A DNA stretch of 64,000 nt, taken from the IMG/VR virus record IMGVR_UViG_3300032323_000817. The stretch is one strand, 5' to 3'. Of the stretch, positions 25,501 through 34,043 are shown one piece after another. Source of the DNA: an uncultured virus (IMG/VR IMGVR_UViG_3300032323_000817) (lineage: Duplodnaviria; Heunggongvirae; Uroviricota; Caudoviricetes). Position numbers and translations under genes: made by a program. Position 1 is the first letter of the stretch. Every line of letters starts with the position of its first letter. A model generated the notes under the pieces. The model saw only the letters and a program-made list of their open reading frames with translations, ran no database searches and was not told the origin of the DNA.

Positions 25501-27563
25501 GAGATACTTACATTAACAAGTTTGCACTTAAGCGTAAACATTCATTCTTCACACGTAACCTTGCTAACCTCCCTGCTAGGGTAGATAACGTTCCTTTTGA
25601 TTACTGGCTTTATCCTAACTTAGGATTCCCAACTTATTATATTGGAGAATCTCCTGAGACTATTGATAACGCAGCGTACACAGCATTGCTTGGGGGACTA
25701 TCTGCAGGAATTGCAGCAGCACTGTTAGCATCAGCTACGGGAGCTCCTTCTGGAGTTGCACTAAACTCTGCAATCTCTGCAGCACTAGCTACAGCCTACG
25801 CTTTGTTTGTTAAGAAGAATAACCTAGATGCAGATCCTAATTCTTTCTTCTACCAGAAAGGATTCTTCTATACGGCTTCTTATGGTATTCCTGTATTCTA
25901 CGTAGAGTCTGACATTAACGTAGACTTACGTCATGGCAGAAATGAACTAGAAGAAAACTTCTATCCTAATGTAGGAGATGGTATTCCTGATGAGTGGTTG
26001 CATGAGGTTAACGTACCTATTAAGTTTGACAACTTCTATAGTTACAATGCTACTTACTCTGCACAGAACTTAAGTCCTAATCTTCCTTATAGATTAAAGT
26101 ACCCTTCACTAGAGTGTTTGTCTATTCACAACAATAGAGTTATTTACTCAGATCCTGCAAACTCTTCTAATTATCTTTCTGATGCTTGGCGTATTTTCCG
26201 TCCAGGAAACTTCTATGACTTTCCTAAGCAAGGTGGTCGCTTAATTGATTTAAACTCAGGAGAGAATGAAAGAGTATATGCTAGATTCGAGAATACGACT
26301 AAAGTATACAACTCTCGTATTACCCTTAGTACTACTTCTCCTTATCAGTTAGAGATTGGTAATGCAGAGATGTTCAAACAAAAGCCTGTAGATCTTTCTA
26401 AAACAGACCTAGGTTACATAGGAACTCAACACAAAGCTTATGTTAAGTGTGAGTATGGAACATTCTGGGTAGACGCTAAACGTGGTCACATCTATCAAAT
26501 CACAGGAGATGGATTCAACGAGATTAAAACAGAAAATAACTTTAACTGGTTTAAGCAGAATCTTCCTTTCCAAATCCTCAAAGACATTCCAAATGCAGAT
26601 GTAGACAATCTACCAATTGGCTTAGGTATTGCTATGGGATGGGATGAAAGATATGAGAGAGTATTTATTACTAAACTTGACTACAGAGTTAAACCTGAAT
26701 ACAGACAAGGTAGTGCTTCAGTAGTTAAATACATTACAGATACTTCTGATACTAACTATAGAAAGTATGTACTAGAGAGTGGAAGTACTCAAGTAGAGAT
26801 TACTTTCGGTGATCCAGCATTCTTTGAGAATAAGTCTTGGACAGTTGCTTACTCACCAAAACTTAAGAACTTTATCTCTTTCTACTCATTCCTTCCAAAC
26901 TTTTATGTTCCCTTGTTAGGTAACTTCCAAACAGTTATTAATACTTCTACAGGAGCATCTACTTGGAATCATAACCTTTCTATCTTTACTTACCAAACTT
27001 ACTACAATAAACTCTATCCTTATATCCTAGAGTATAATGTAAACTCATTCCCCAAGGTATCTACAATTAACTCTGTTACTTTGATGCAAGACATCCAAGA
27101 ATATTATTCTGACTACGAGTACTATTCTTTGTCTACTGCAAATAAAAAGAACTTAGCAAACTTTACTAAGGCGATTATCTACAACAAAGAACAGTCTTCT
27201 GGTATCATTAAGTTGATTCCTGAAGAGTTCGGCAACACAAGACAGAAGATAACCTATCCTAGAATGACTGCAACAGGTATAGAAGCGCTTATCTCTCGCA
27301 GAGAACAGTTGTATACCTTTAACGGATTTTGGAACGTTGCAGCGCAAGGAAATGGTCAACCTCTTTGGTCAACTCAATGGAGTGACTTAGTGACTCAGTA
27401 TCCAATAGATAAAATACCAAACACCAAGAGTGTACGACCTGTATCTGTATCTTATCAGAAAGCTAAGATTAAATCAGACTTTGCTAAAGTAAGATTGATT
27501 CAGGATCAATACTCTAGATTTAAGTTTATTAACACAATCCAAATAACACAAACCAATCCATAA
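22509..27563 (+). CDS. Tail stabilization (muzzle) protein
   Basis: 1684 aa; GLNLD N-terminus, YQRDEVYPFGI, IRHHKFP, FGGDTYI and WTVAYS...FISFYSFLP motifs of crAss-like stabilization proteins. Confidence 0.85.
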   Translation: MENKINQNTAGLNLDSVNYQIKENMITFALNANIQSHDGNSTTYTNEPSNQICYDFSSTYPGFKILNVLSITEQSKLVVFLAHPDGRSLIGEITNLNKDCTTLTETETDCGCISGTVVTNVVNSATGCCTFTPLIVDNCCDCTDCYRYSIQSINSGAYSVTYINCSGQEVTETFPSGIGTFTSRRNKFILPSGVEILDSTLVSQGECVPKSSKCCLKLSTDFPVYSEYRIDNCETKVYFIARNIQPRYFSLEEPLGRDQCGDALDCLTDACERLKLFPDFCQADIYPTAIDSGGRLKGGVYSFSIAYADENGKELTDYVDFSNPIPIFERAITEQTEYETSKSIRVSIDHSTTIFDYFNLVVAENINEVTTYQLVGTYRVNQSTYRDSLVYTGDYSSTFSSIVPLIRSPHYETAGIIEKQNDILMLADLVETPKYNFQLLANQIKLRWETVKMPVDNKFDYSNPEIAYFFRTYQRDEVYPFGIKFKLKNGKYTDVFHIPGREIFPNSDEKSLIYHDSNPDAFGTTNDCIVTDKEEKWKVYSTATTGLTPPNNPPSLQEAQYSCKITVEAAGEFAYWESTETYPCYDEVWGTLAGQPIRHHKFPENAKSHIHADGDDFIYPIGVRIWNESLFEGILDTATVYDPLNTYGNNQIPVKELICGYELVRGNRVNNKSVVAKGLIYDVGSFRDVKSGKEFYYPNYPYNSLEDDPYIKSTPDWYNKADRGIDDNDYGMALHQGFNVIGSRYTFHSPDTHFQYPKIGTELKLETVEYGKVQGKFVPVLDHPQYKFLTTADYAVSAVLADALSLAFESEIKVTVADGGTVTKWKADALSILTNNQVFVDLLEKLIPNTNFAYQFNSVGEYKRFLPITTIGNRRRFLDIGLYANDKIVELNDDKPIHNRLRETSVYLKTNGSFSTEHSSIVDNTRYTIGQKNLQDNPEQIVETDTRAYYASIKRNFPNQYGQIENITYVSTGYYSSVYVDITNTAKIKRRYYPAFGGDTYINKFALKRKHSFFTRNLANLPARVDNVPFDYWLYPNLGFPTYYIGESPETIDNAAYTALLGGLSAGIAAALLASATGAPSGVALNSAISAALATAYALFVKKNNLDADPNSFFYQKGFFYTASYGIPVFYVESDINVDLRHGRNELEENFYPNVGDGIPDEWLHEVNVPIKFDNFYSYNATYSAQNLSPNLPYRLKYPSLECLSIHNNRVIYSDPANSSNYLSDAWRIFRPGNFYDFPKQGGRLIDLNSGENERVYARFENTTKVYNSRITLSTTSPYQLEIGNAEMFKQKPVDLSKTDLGYIGTQHKAYVKCEYGTFWVDAKRGHIYQITGDGFNEIKTENNFNWFKQNLPFQILKDIPNADVDNLPIGLGIAMGWDERYERVFITKLDYRVKPEYRQGSASVVKYITDTSDTNYRKYVLESGSTQVEITFGDPAFFENKSWTVAYSPKLKNFISFYSFLPNFYVPLLGNFQTVINTSTGASTWNHNLSIFTYQTYYNKLYPYILEYNVNSFPKVSTINSVTLMQDIQEYYSDYEYYSLSTANKKNLANFTKAIIYNKEQSSGIIKLIPEEFGNTRQKITYPRMTATGIEALISRREQLYTFNGFWNVAAQGNGQPLWSTQWSDLVTQYPIDKIPNTKSVRPVSVSYQKAKIKSDFAKVRLIQDQYSRFKFINTIQITQTNP

Positions 27564-27567
27564 TACC

Positions 27568-27948
27568 ATGAAAGAAAAAGAACTTTTCACTACAGTGAAA
27601 CCCGAGATAGTAATAGGACAACTGTTCCAGTCTCGTGACATCATTCACATTGCACACTTACAGACAACTTCTTTTAGTGAGCACAAAGCACTAGACAGTT
27701 ACTACACTGAGATTATTGGCTTAACTGATGATATTGTAGAATCTTACTTTGGTACAATAGGTAAAAGACTCAACTTTAAGATTCCTGCATCAGAGTATAT
27801 GAATGCAAGAACCCACTTGATCTACATGAAAGACTACATGATGAAACATCGTGGAGTATTTGGTATGGAGAACACTCACCTACAAAACTCAATTGATGAA
27901 GTACTTAGTTTAATTACTAGTACCTTGTATCAACTTACTTTAACTTAA
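27568..27948 (+). CDS. Ferritin/Dps-like four-helix protein (DUF5856-like)
   Basis: HIAHLQTTSFSEHKALDSYY...DDIVESYFG...LQNSIDEV...YQLTL. Confidence 0.7.
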   Translation: MKEKELFTTVKPEIVIGQLFQSRDIIHIAHLQTTSFSEHKALDSYYTEIIGLTDDIVESYFGTIGKRLNFKIPASEYMNARTHLIYMKDYMMKHRGVFGMENTHLQNSIDEVLSLITSTLYQLTLT

Positions 27949-27963
27949 ACTAAATAAAACTAT

Positions 27964-28206
27964 ATGAATCGTCTAAAGAAAGCTTACTCTTCTTGCATGG
28001 AGTGCGGAGGTAAGAAAATGAAATCAGGAGGCAACTGGATTAAGAAAGCTATTAAGAAGCCAGGTTCTTTTACAGCACAAGCTAAAAAAGCTGGAATGTC
28101 TGTACCTGCTTTCCGTGATAAAGTATTGGCTAACAAGTCTGCTTACTCTTCTACTACAGTAAAGAGAGCTAATCTAGCTAAGACTCTTGCTAAAATGAAA
28201 AAGTAA
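27964..28206 (+). CDS. Small highly basic protein
   Basis: K/R-rich; WIKKAIKKPG..KRANLAKTL; MECGG and MKSGG motifs. Confidence 0.75.
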   Translation: MNRLKKAYSSCMECGGKKMKSGGNWIKKAIKKPGSFTAQAKKAGMSVPAFRDKVLANKSAYSSTTVKRANLAKTLAKMKK

Positions 28207-28484
28207 TGTTTGTTCCAGGAGTAAACGGTTCTATAATTGCAAATTCTAATGCACCTACAGGTTCAAGACTTAAGGGTGCATATAAGAATTCTAAGAATTT
28301 TGCAAAGGGAGGAAAAGCATCTAACGACAAACAGATGGTTAATGGAGTAGCGAGTATCTTACGTAGAGTTAAGGACCCTAAGAATAGAACTCAGTTAGCT
28401 AATCAATTATCTAAACAGTTTAAGAGAGAAAAAGTAAAATATGATTTAGCCTCTTTCTTAAAGAAATCTAAAGTAAAGAAATGA
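28206..28484 (+). CDS. Small highly basic protein
   Basis: K/R-rich; RLKGAY and FAKGG motifs; translationally coupled on both sides. Confidence 0.7.
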   Translation: MFVPGVNGSIIANSNAPTGSRLKGAYKNSKNFAKGGKASNDKQMVNGVASILRRVKDPKNRTQLANQLSKQFKREKVKYDLASFLKKSKVKK

Positions 28485-29053
28485 AAAAGATGATAAAACG
28501 TAAAGATGGATCTTACTCACAACGTGGTTTGTGGGATAACATCCGTGCTAATAGAGGTTCTGGAAAGAAACCTACTCCAGAGATGCTTAAGCAAGAACGT
28601 AAGATTAAACGTAACATGGCTGAAGGCGGTAAGATGCCTACTAGTGTTGCTAAAGCTAGATTCGTAGCAGCTAACAAAGGAAATGTATCTGAGGCTAGAC
28701 AAGATGCTTCTAAGTACGGATACAAGTTTATGGCTGGTGGTAGACTTAAAGCAGCTTATATGGCTAAGGGTGGAACCATTGCTAAAACAACTAAAGGACC
28801 AGGTGCTAACTATCGTCCTACTAAGCAAGGTGCTGGTATGACTCAGAAGGGAGTTATGGCTTATCGTAGAGCTAACCCAGGTTCTAAATTAAGTACTGCT
28901 GTTACAGGTAAGGTAAAGCCAGGTAGCAAAGCAGCTAATCGTAGAAAGTCCTACTGTGCTCGTTCATTAGGTCAGTTGCGTAGATCTAAACAATCTACAC
29001 AGAATGATCCTAATAGCAGAATCAGACAAGCACGTAGGCGTTGGAAGTGCTAA
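28481..29053 (+). CDS. Basic multi-module protein (DUF6321-like C-terminal domain)
   Basis: NPGSKLSTAV...RRKSYCARS...DPNSRIRQARRRWKC; modules separated by MAEGG, FMAGG and MAKGG. Confidence 0.7.
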   Translation: MKKMIKRKDGSYSQRGLWDNIRANRGSGKKPTPEMLKQERKIKRNMAEGGKMPTSVAKARFVAANKGNVSEARQDASKYGYKFMAGGRLKAAYMAKGGTIAKTTKGPGANYRPTKQGAGMTQKGVMAYRRANPGSKLSTAVTGKVKPGSKAANRRKSYCARSLGQLRRSKQSTQNDPNSRIRQARRRWKC

Positions 29054-29074
29054 ACTAAAACTAAAACTAAATAT

Positions 29075-29236
29075 ATGGCAACTAAAGCATCTAAAACTAA
29101 ATCAACCTCTACAGCTTCTAAGTTCAAAGTTAAACCTAAGATCAGAAGAAAGGGAGTTGTAGCAAAGACTAAAGCTTCAAAGTTAAAGTCTAGCAAAAAT
29201 TATCTTAAAAAGTACAAATCACAGGGTAGAAAATGA
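29075..29236 (+). CDS. 53-aa Lys-rich protamine/histone-like protein (absent from the ORF track)
   Basis: MATKASKTKSTSTASKFKVKPKIRRKGVVAKTKASKLKSSKNYLKKYKSQGRK*; A-rich leader; ATGA overlap with the next gene. Confidence 0.7.
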   Translation: MATKASKTKSTSTASKFKVKPKIRRKGVVAKTKASKLKSSKNYLKKYKSQGRK

Positions 29237-29952
29237 TTGTATACAAAGTTACTAACTCAGTAAATGGAAAGGTGTATATTGGATATACCACTAAAACACT
29301 TGATCAAAGGATTAAAACTCATTTAAGGAAAGCAAACTGTCTTACTCAGAAACACCATACTCAAGCTTTTAAGTCGGCTTTAAGGAAGTATGGTAAGGAG
29401 TGTTTTCTTTGGGAAGAGTTAGTAACTTGTAGTACAAAAGAAGAAGCTTGTGAAAAAGAAAAACACTTTATAGCAGAGTATAACTGCGTTGTTCCTCTAG
29501 GTTATAATATGACTTTGGGAGGAGAAGGGGGAATACTCTCACAAGATGTCAAAATTAAGATCTCTAATTCTGTAAAAGATTATCATAAAAACAATCCTGA
29601 AGTCTGGCTTAACAGTACGCTAGCTAATGCTAGTACAGAACAGAGGAGTGAGTGGGGCAAAAAAGCAGCAAACACTAAAATTCAAAATGGGTTTAAGTAC
29701 AAAACAGGATTCACAAGACCCCAGGAGTCTAGAGAAAAGATGAGTAAAACTAGACGAAAGAAATACTCCTGTACTTGGTACAATTTTAAAACAAAAACAT
29801 TAGTGGAAGCATCTTCAACAGATATGAGTGAATTTACAGGATTATCCGTAGGCACATTCAATCACTTAAAACATGAAAGACTTCATATTACTAAGTGTGG
29901 TTGGATTCATGTTCCTGCTGAGTCTAATTACATTGCACTAAATAAGGGGTAA
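29233..29952 (+). mobile_element. Free-standing GIY-YIG homing endonuclease
   Basis: IVYKVTNSVNGKVYIGYT..R...H, E..FI, GYNMTLGG catalytic domain; NUMOD3-like repeats (RPQESREKMSKTR). Confidence 0.85.
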
Positions 29953-29975
29953 GCAATTACCCCTTGCTTTTTTTT
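29944..29975 (+). terminator. Intrinsic terminator with GCAA tetraloop
   Basis: AAGGGGTAA-GCAA-TTACCCCTT-GC-T8. Confidence 0.8.
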
Positions 29976-29993
29976 ATTAATCTCGTATATTTG
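29963..29993 (+). promoter_or_regulatory. Promoter CTTG-N19-TATATTTG for the cargo/RNAP operon
   Basis: Overlaps the terminator; same spacing as the other promoters. Confidence 0.7.
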
Positions 29994-30056
29994 TATAACT
30001 AGCTTATTCTCAAGCAGTTATTAACTTTTTATGTTAATAACATAATTCATTAAAAC

Positions 30057-32462
30057 ATGTTAAGAAACAGACTTTTTAAAAGATTCGCTAAAAACGGTAT
30101 CGAAGAACCTGTAGATAAAATATCTAATGCAGGCTTAGATCCTATTCAGCAGTATCCCACCCTTGAGGAAATAGCTAGTAAGATGAAACCTATTACTCCT
30201 AGTATGATGGGAGTAGGTACTCCTAAGACAGAAAAGGAATACGAAAAGAAATTTGGACAATTAGACATCTCTGCTGAAAGCTTTGAACCTAAGGCTATTG
30301 ATCCAATAGAAGAGAAGGGTCCTTTTGGTAATCGCATGTTTGAGAACATGTTTAACCAAGAACAAACTCTTAGAGCAGGAGAAGAACAAACAAGTACTCC
30401 TAGTAGTGTAAAGAAAGCACAAGACATAAGTAATGAAGTTGCTTCTCAGTACGATCCTCAAAAACAATTTAAGTTTCCAAATCTAGGTATAGATTCTGGG
30501 GACGCAATTACACTAGGACTGTACGGAGTAGATGCGGCCTTAGGTTATAATCAAGACTTAAAAAATCAACGTAAGTTTAACGAATCAATACAACAAAGAG
30601 AATCTAAGCCCGTATACGACTACAACTTTATGTATGGTCGTACTACAAGTGGAGGCACAGAGTATCAACCTACAATTAAAGCAGAAATGGGTGCAAAAAT
30701 AAACAAGCGTTATGCTAGTGAAGGCATGAACGATGTAGAGATCGAAGGTGGAGAATTTATCCAACTTCCTAACTTAGATACTGAGATGGCAGAAGGCCCT
30801 TCTCATAGTAACGGAGGTATCCCTACAAACCTTCCTGATCAAACTCGTGTGTACTCTAACAATTTAAAGCCAGAAGGATCTAAGAAAACCTTTGCTCAGA
30901 TTGCTAAGAACTACGACATTACTTCTTATAAGAAAACTCTAGAGAATCCTTTTGCTAAGCAAGTAGATAAAGACACTGCTAGTTTAATGATGCAACGTAA
31001 CCAAAGAATTCTTGATGATCTTTTCAGAGATCAACAGCTTCTTAATGGAGACTCTAACGGAGAAGTAGAAGCAAAGAATGGAGCTAGCATTAACAATGCA
31101 GGCTTCAAGGCACTTCCTCAAAGTGTGCAAGATAAAATACTTGCAGAAATGAAGTACGGAGGATTTGCTCAAAGAGAAGCTCAGTCTTTAGAGATGGCTG
31201 ATGGAGGCAAGAAGAATCCTCAACCAGATATTACTAGTCTCCCTCCTGAAATTCGTAGTTACGCTAAGTGGGACCCTACATTCAAGAAAGAAGATGGTAC
31301 ACTTGGTGTTTATAGATTAGAAGTTCCTTCTAACTTAGACTTTGATGCTAAGACTAACATAGCAAGAGCAGCAGAGACTTACGGTATTAAAAACCTAGTA
31401 CAGACCTCTAACCAAAGAATTACAGGTTCTCCTAATGTTAAAGGCTTTTATGCTGGACTTTCTCCACAAGATTTTGAGCAAAAGATTGTAAGAGAAAGAT
31501 TAGGAAAAGAAGAAGCAGGTAAACTGAATGAACTTGAAACTCGTAAGAAAGCATTTGAAATTCTTGGAGTAGATCCAGGTAGTTATGATATTAACGATCC
31601 TACTAAACTCTATAATGACGACTATTTTAGAGAGAGTGTATTCTATCCTAAGTTTCAGAAGTATTTACCTGAAGGTCAATTTAGACCTGTAAAAGGAAAC
31701 GATAAAAGTTTTGGATTTGAACACTTAGATGCAAAGCCTATTCCACCAGAAAAACCAAAAACTCCAGAAGGTAGTAGTGGTACTCCTCCTGAAGGAACAA
31801 AGATAAACAATGTAACTCCAGCTAAGACAGGTAAGTATACTCCAGGACAGTTTCCTTTGTATCAGGCTATTCCTGAAGCTATGGGACTTGCTCAAGCACA
31901 AGAAATCTATCCTTATGCTATTCCTGAGATAGATGCTCCTTACGTTCGTCCTCAGACTTTAAATATCCAAAGCGAGTTACAGGATATTGATAATATGGGT
32001 ACAGCAGCTATTAGAGGTGGTGCTGATCCTAATATGGCTTACATTGCTGGCCTAGACGCTAAACAAAAAGCCTTTCAATCTAAGCAGAACTATGATGCTC
32101 AATCACGTTCTCAAGCAGACATGGCTAATGCACAAATGTCTATGCAAGCAGATCAGTTTAATGCTCAAGCTTTTGATCGTGTATATAATAACCTAGTAGG
32201 TCAAGCAAGAGATGCTCAGTCTGCAGAAAAACAAGCAGCAGTAGCAAGTCTTACAAATAAAAAAGCTAAATTTGTACAAGACGAAAATCTTAAAGCTATG
32301 GGTATTCCTCTTGTTGCTCCTGGATTTAATGTTACTTCAGAAGGTAAGATTACTTTACCTGAAGATGCAAGAGCTATGTTTGAGTTCTATAATTACATGA
32401 AAGAGCAAGAGAGCAAGACAGCTCCTAAGACTACTGCTAAAAAAGGAATGTATAAAAAATAA
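30057..32462 (+). CDS. Internal virion cargo (ejected) protein
   Basis: VEIEGGE and GPSHSNGG motifs, Q/A-rich helices, repeated AxxG/xxGG; position before RNAP as in crAss-like phages. Confidence 0.7.
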   Translation: MLRNRLFKRFAKNGIEEPVDKISNAGLDPIQQYPTLEEIASKMKPITPSMMGVGTPKTEKEYEKKFGQLDISAESFEPKAIDPIEEKGPFGNRMFENMFNQEQTLRAGEEQTSTPSSVKKAQDISNEVASQYDPQKQFKFPNLGIDSGDAITLGLYGVDAALGYNQDLKNQRKFNESIQQRESKPVYDYNFMYGRTTSGGTEYQPTIKAEMGAKINKRYASEGMNDVEIEGGEFIQLPNLDTEMAEGPSHSNGGIPTNLPDQTRVYSNNLKPEGSKKTFAQIAKNYDITSYKKTLENPFAKQVDKDTASLMMQRNQRILDDLFRDQQLLNGDSNGEVEAKNGASINNAGFKALPQSVQDKILAEMKYGGFAQREAQSLEMADGGKKNPQPDITSLPPEIRSYAKWDPTFKKEDGTLGVYRLEVPSNLDFDAKTNIARAAETYGIKNLVQTSNQRITGSPNVKGFYAGLSPQDFEQKIVRERLGKEEAGKLNELETRKKAFEILGVDPGSYDINDPTKLYNDDYFRESVFYPKFQKYLPEGQFRPVKGNDKSFGFEHLDAKPIPPEKPKTPEGSSGTPPEGTKINNVTPAKTGKYTPGQFPLYQAIPEAMGLAQAQEIYPYAIPEIDAPYVRPQTLNIQSELQDIDNMGTAAIRGGADPNMAYIAGLDAKQKAFQSKQNYDAQSRSQADMANAQMSMQADQFNAQAFDRVYNNLVGQARDAQSAEKQAAVASLTNKKAKFVQDENLKAMGIPLVAPGFNVTSEGKITLPEDARAMFEFYNYMKEQESKTAPKTTAKKGMYKK

Positions 32463-32467
32463 CCACT

Positions 32468-34018
32468 ATGCCAATTTCAGCACAACATACTAAGTTTGTA
32501 TATCCAGACTATATCTCTCCTCTACCAGCAGACGACTTAATTAAGTTTGCTTCTAAGAAGCAGGAGATGTACGATGAGGGAGTTGCTAAAGTGCAACAGA
32601 ATATTGACGCTTACAATTCTTTAAGAAATTCTATTCTTACAGACGTAGAGAAGGAATACTTTGATAAGTCTATGGGTAACCTAGTAAAGTCTATTAGTAA
32701 CAGTGCAGGATTAGACTTCTCTAACAAAGCAAATGTTCAAGCAGTACTTAACATAGGTAAGCCCTTAGAAAGAGATCAATACATAACTACTGCTATCTCT
32801 AATGGTAAAGAAGTATCACGTAGACAAGAACAGTTGTCTAAGATGAAACCAGGAGAACGTAGTGTAGTTAACGATTACTTCTATATGAAGGATGTTAACG
32901 ACTACATGAATAGTGGTAAGTTAGGACAAAAGATTGGTTACGGTAAAGAGTATACTCCATATGTAGATCTTTCTAAAGATTGGATGGAGTTTATGAAAAC
33001 CCAGAAGCCTAATCAAAACGAATACTTTGAAGCACAGTCTAGTATGGGTCCTGCTTATCTTGAAAAGGTAACTGTAGAAGGATTTAACACAACAGACTTA
33101 GCTAATAAGTTTAAAGCCTTTATTGCTACAGATCCTAATAAAATGCGTCAATTCCAAATGGATGCTGGTTACAGTTTAGAGCAAGTAGGTAAAGAAGGCG
33201 CTTACCAAGGTTACGTTGAGGATATGCAAGCTAAGGCTACTACTGCTGCAGAGAATGCTAGAATGTTTAAAGCAGAAGCAGAAAGACTACAGAAAGCATT
33301 TAACACTACAGGTTCAGCTGTAGTTAAATCTCAGTTAGAACAAGCTAGACAGAAAGCTACTTACTACGAACAGTCTAGATTACTAGCTGAACAAAAAGCT
33401 TCTACTACCCTAGAAGATTTTGACTTAGGAGAGTACATGGAAATCTACCAAGATAAATTTGCTACTAACATGGGTAACATGTATGCTACACAGAAAGTAA
33501 GCAAAGATCTTATCAGTAATGAATACTGGAAAGAAGCCAGAGCAGATGCCAGACAAGCTAGATCTTTTGCTAATGAAATGGCTAAGGAGGAGTACAAACA
33601 GAGACTTGATAATCAAAAACCAGAAAATCTACTTAAGAGAAAGAAAGAAGTTATGGACTTAGCAAAAGTAGATCAACAAGACTTCTATAGTGTTCCTATG
33701 GTATTCGATCCTTCTATTGTAAATAGGGATATAGATAAACTATCCGTGGCTTCTATTATAAATGATCCAGGTAAAGTTTTGTCTGTTACTCCAGCAGGTC
33801 CACAAAAGAAAACAGTAGAGACTTTCTTAAACTACTTGAAGACTATTAAGGACAGTGATTCTTATGTTGTTGAACTAAAGAATGGTCAAACTACTTTGGT
33901 TACTGGTGAGAATATCAAAGAACTTTACGTTAGTGATTTGGATACTATTAAAGGTATAGCTAAGAGCAATACTGTAGAAACTTATTCAGGAAGACGTAAA
34001 AACAGTTTTTCATTCTAA
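32468..34018 (+). CDS. Internal virion cargo protein
   Basis: Helical 516-aa ORF with YISPLP N-terminus; precedes the RNAP gene. Confidence 0.65.
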   Translation: MPISAQHTKFVYPDYISPLPADDLIKFASKKQEMYDEGVAKVQQNIDAYNSLRNSILTDVEKEYFDKSMGNLVKSISNSAGLDFSNKANVQAVLNIGKPLERDQYITTAISNGKEVSRRQEQLSKMKPGERSVVNDYFYMKDVNDYMNSGKLGQKIGYGKEYTPYVDLSKDWMEFMKTQKPNQNEYFEAQSSMGPAYLEKVTVEGFNTTDLANKFKAFIATDPNKMRQFQMDAGYSLEQVGKEGAYQGYVEDMQAKATTAAENARMFKAEAERLQKAFNTTGSAVVKSQLEQARQKATYYEQSRLLAEQKASTTLEDFDLGEYMEIYQDKFATNMGNMYATQKVSKDLISNEYWKEARADARQARSFANEMAKEEYKQRLDNQKPENLLKRKKEVMDLAKVDQQDFYSVPMVFDPSIVNRDIDKLSVASIINDPGKVLSVTPAGPQKKTVETFLNYLKTIKDSDSYVVELKNGQTTLVTGENIKELYVSDLDTIKGIAKSNTVETYSGRRKNSFSF

Positions 34019-34043
34019 AAAAATAAATTAAATTTACTTAACT

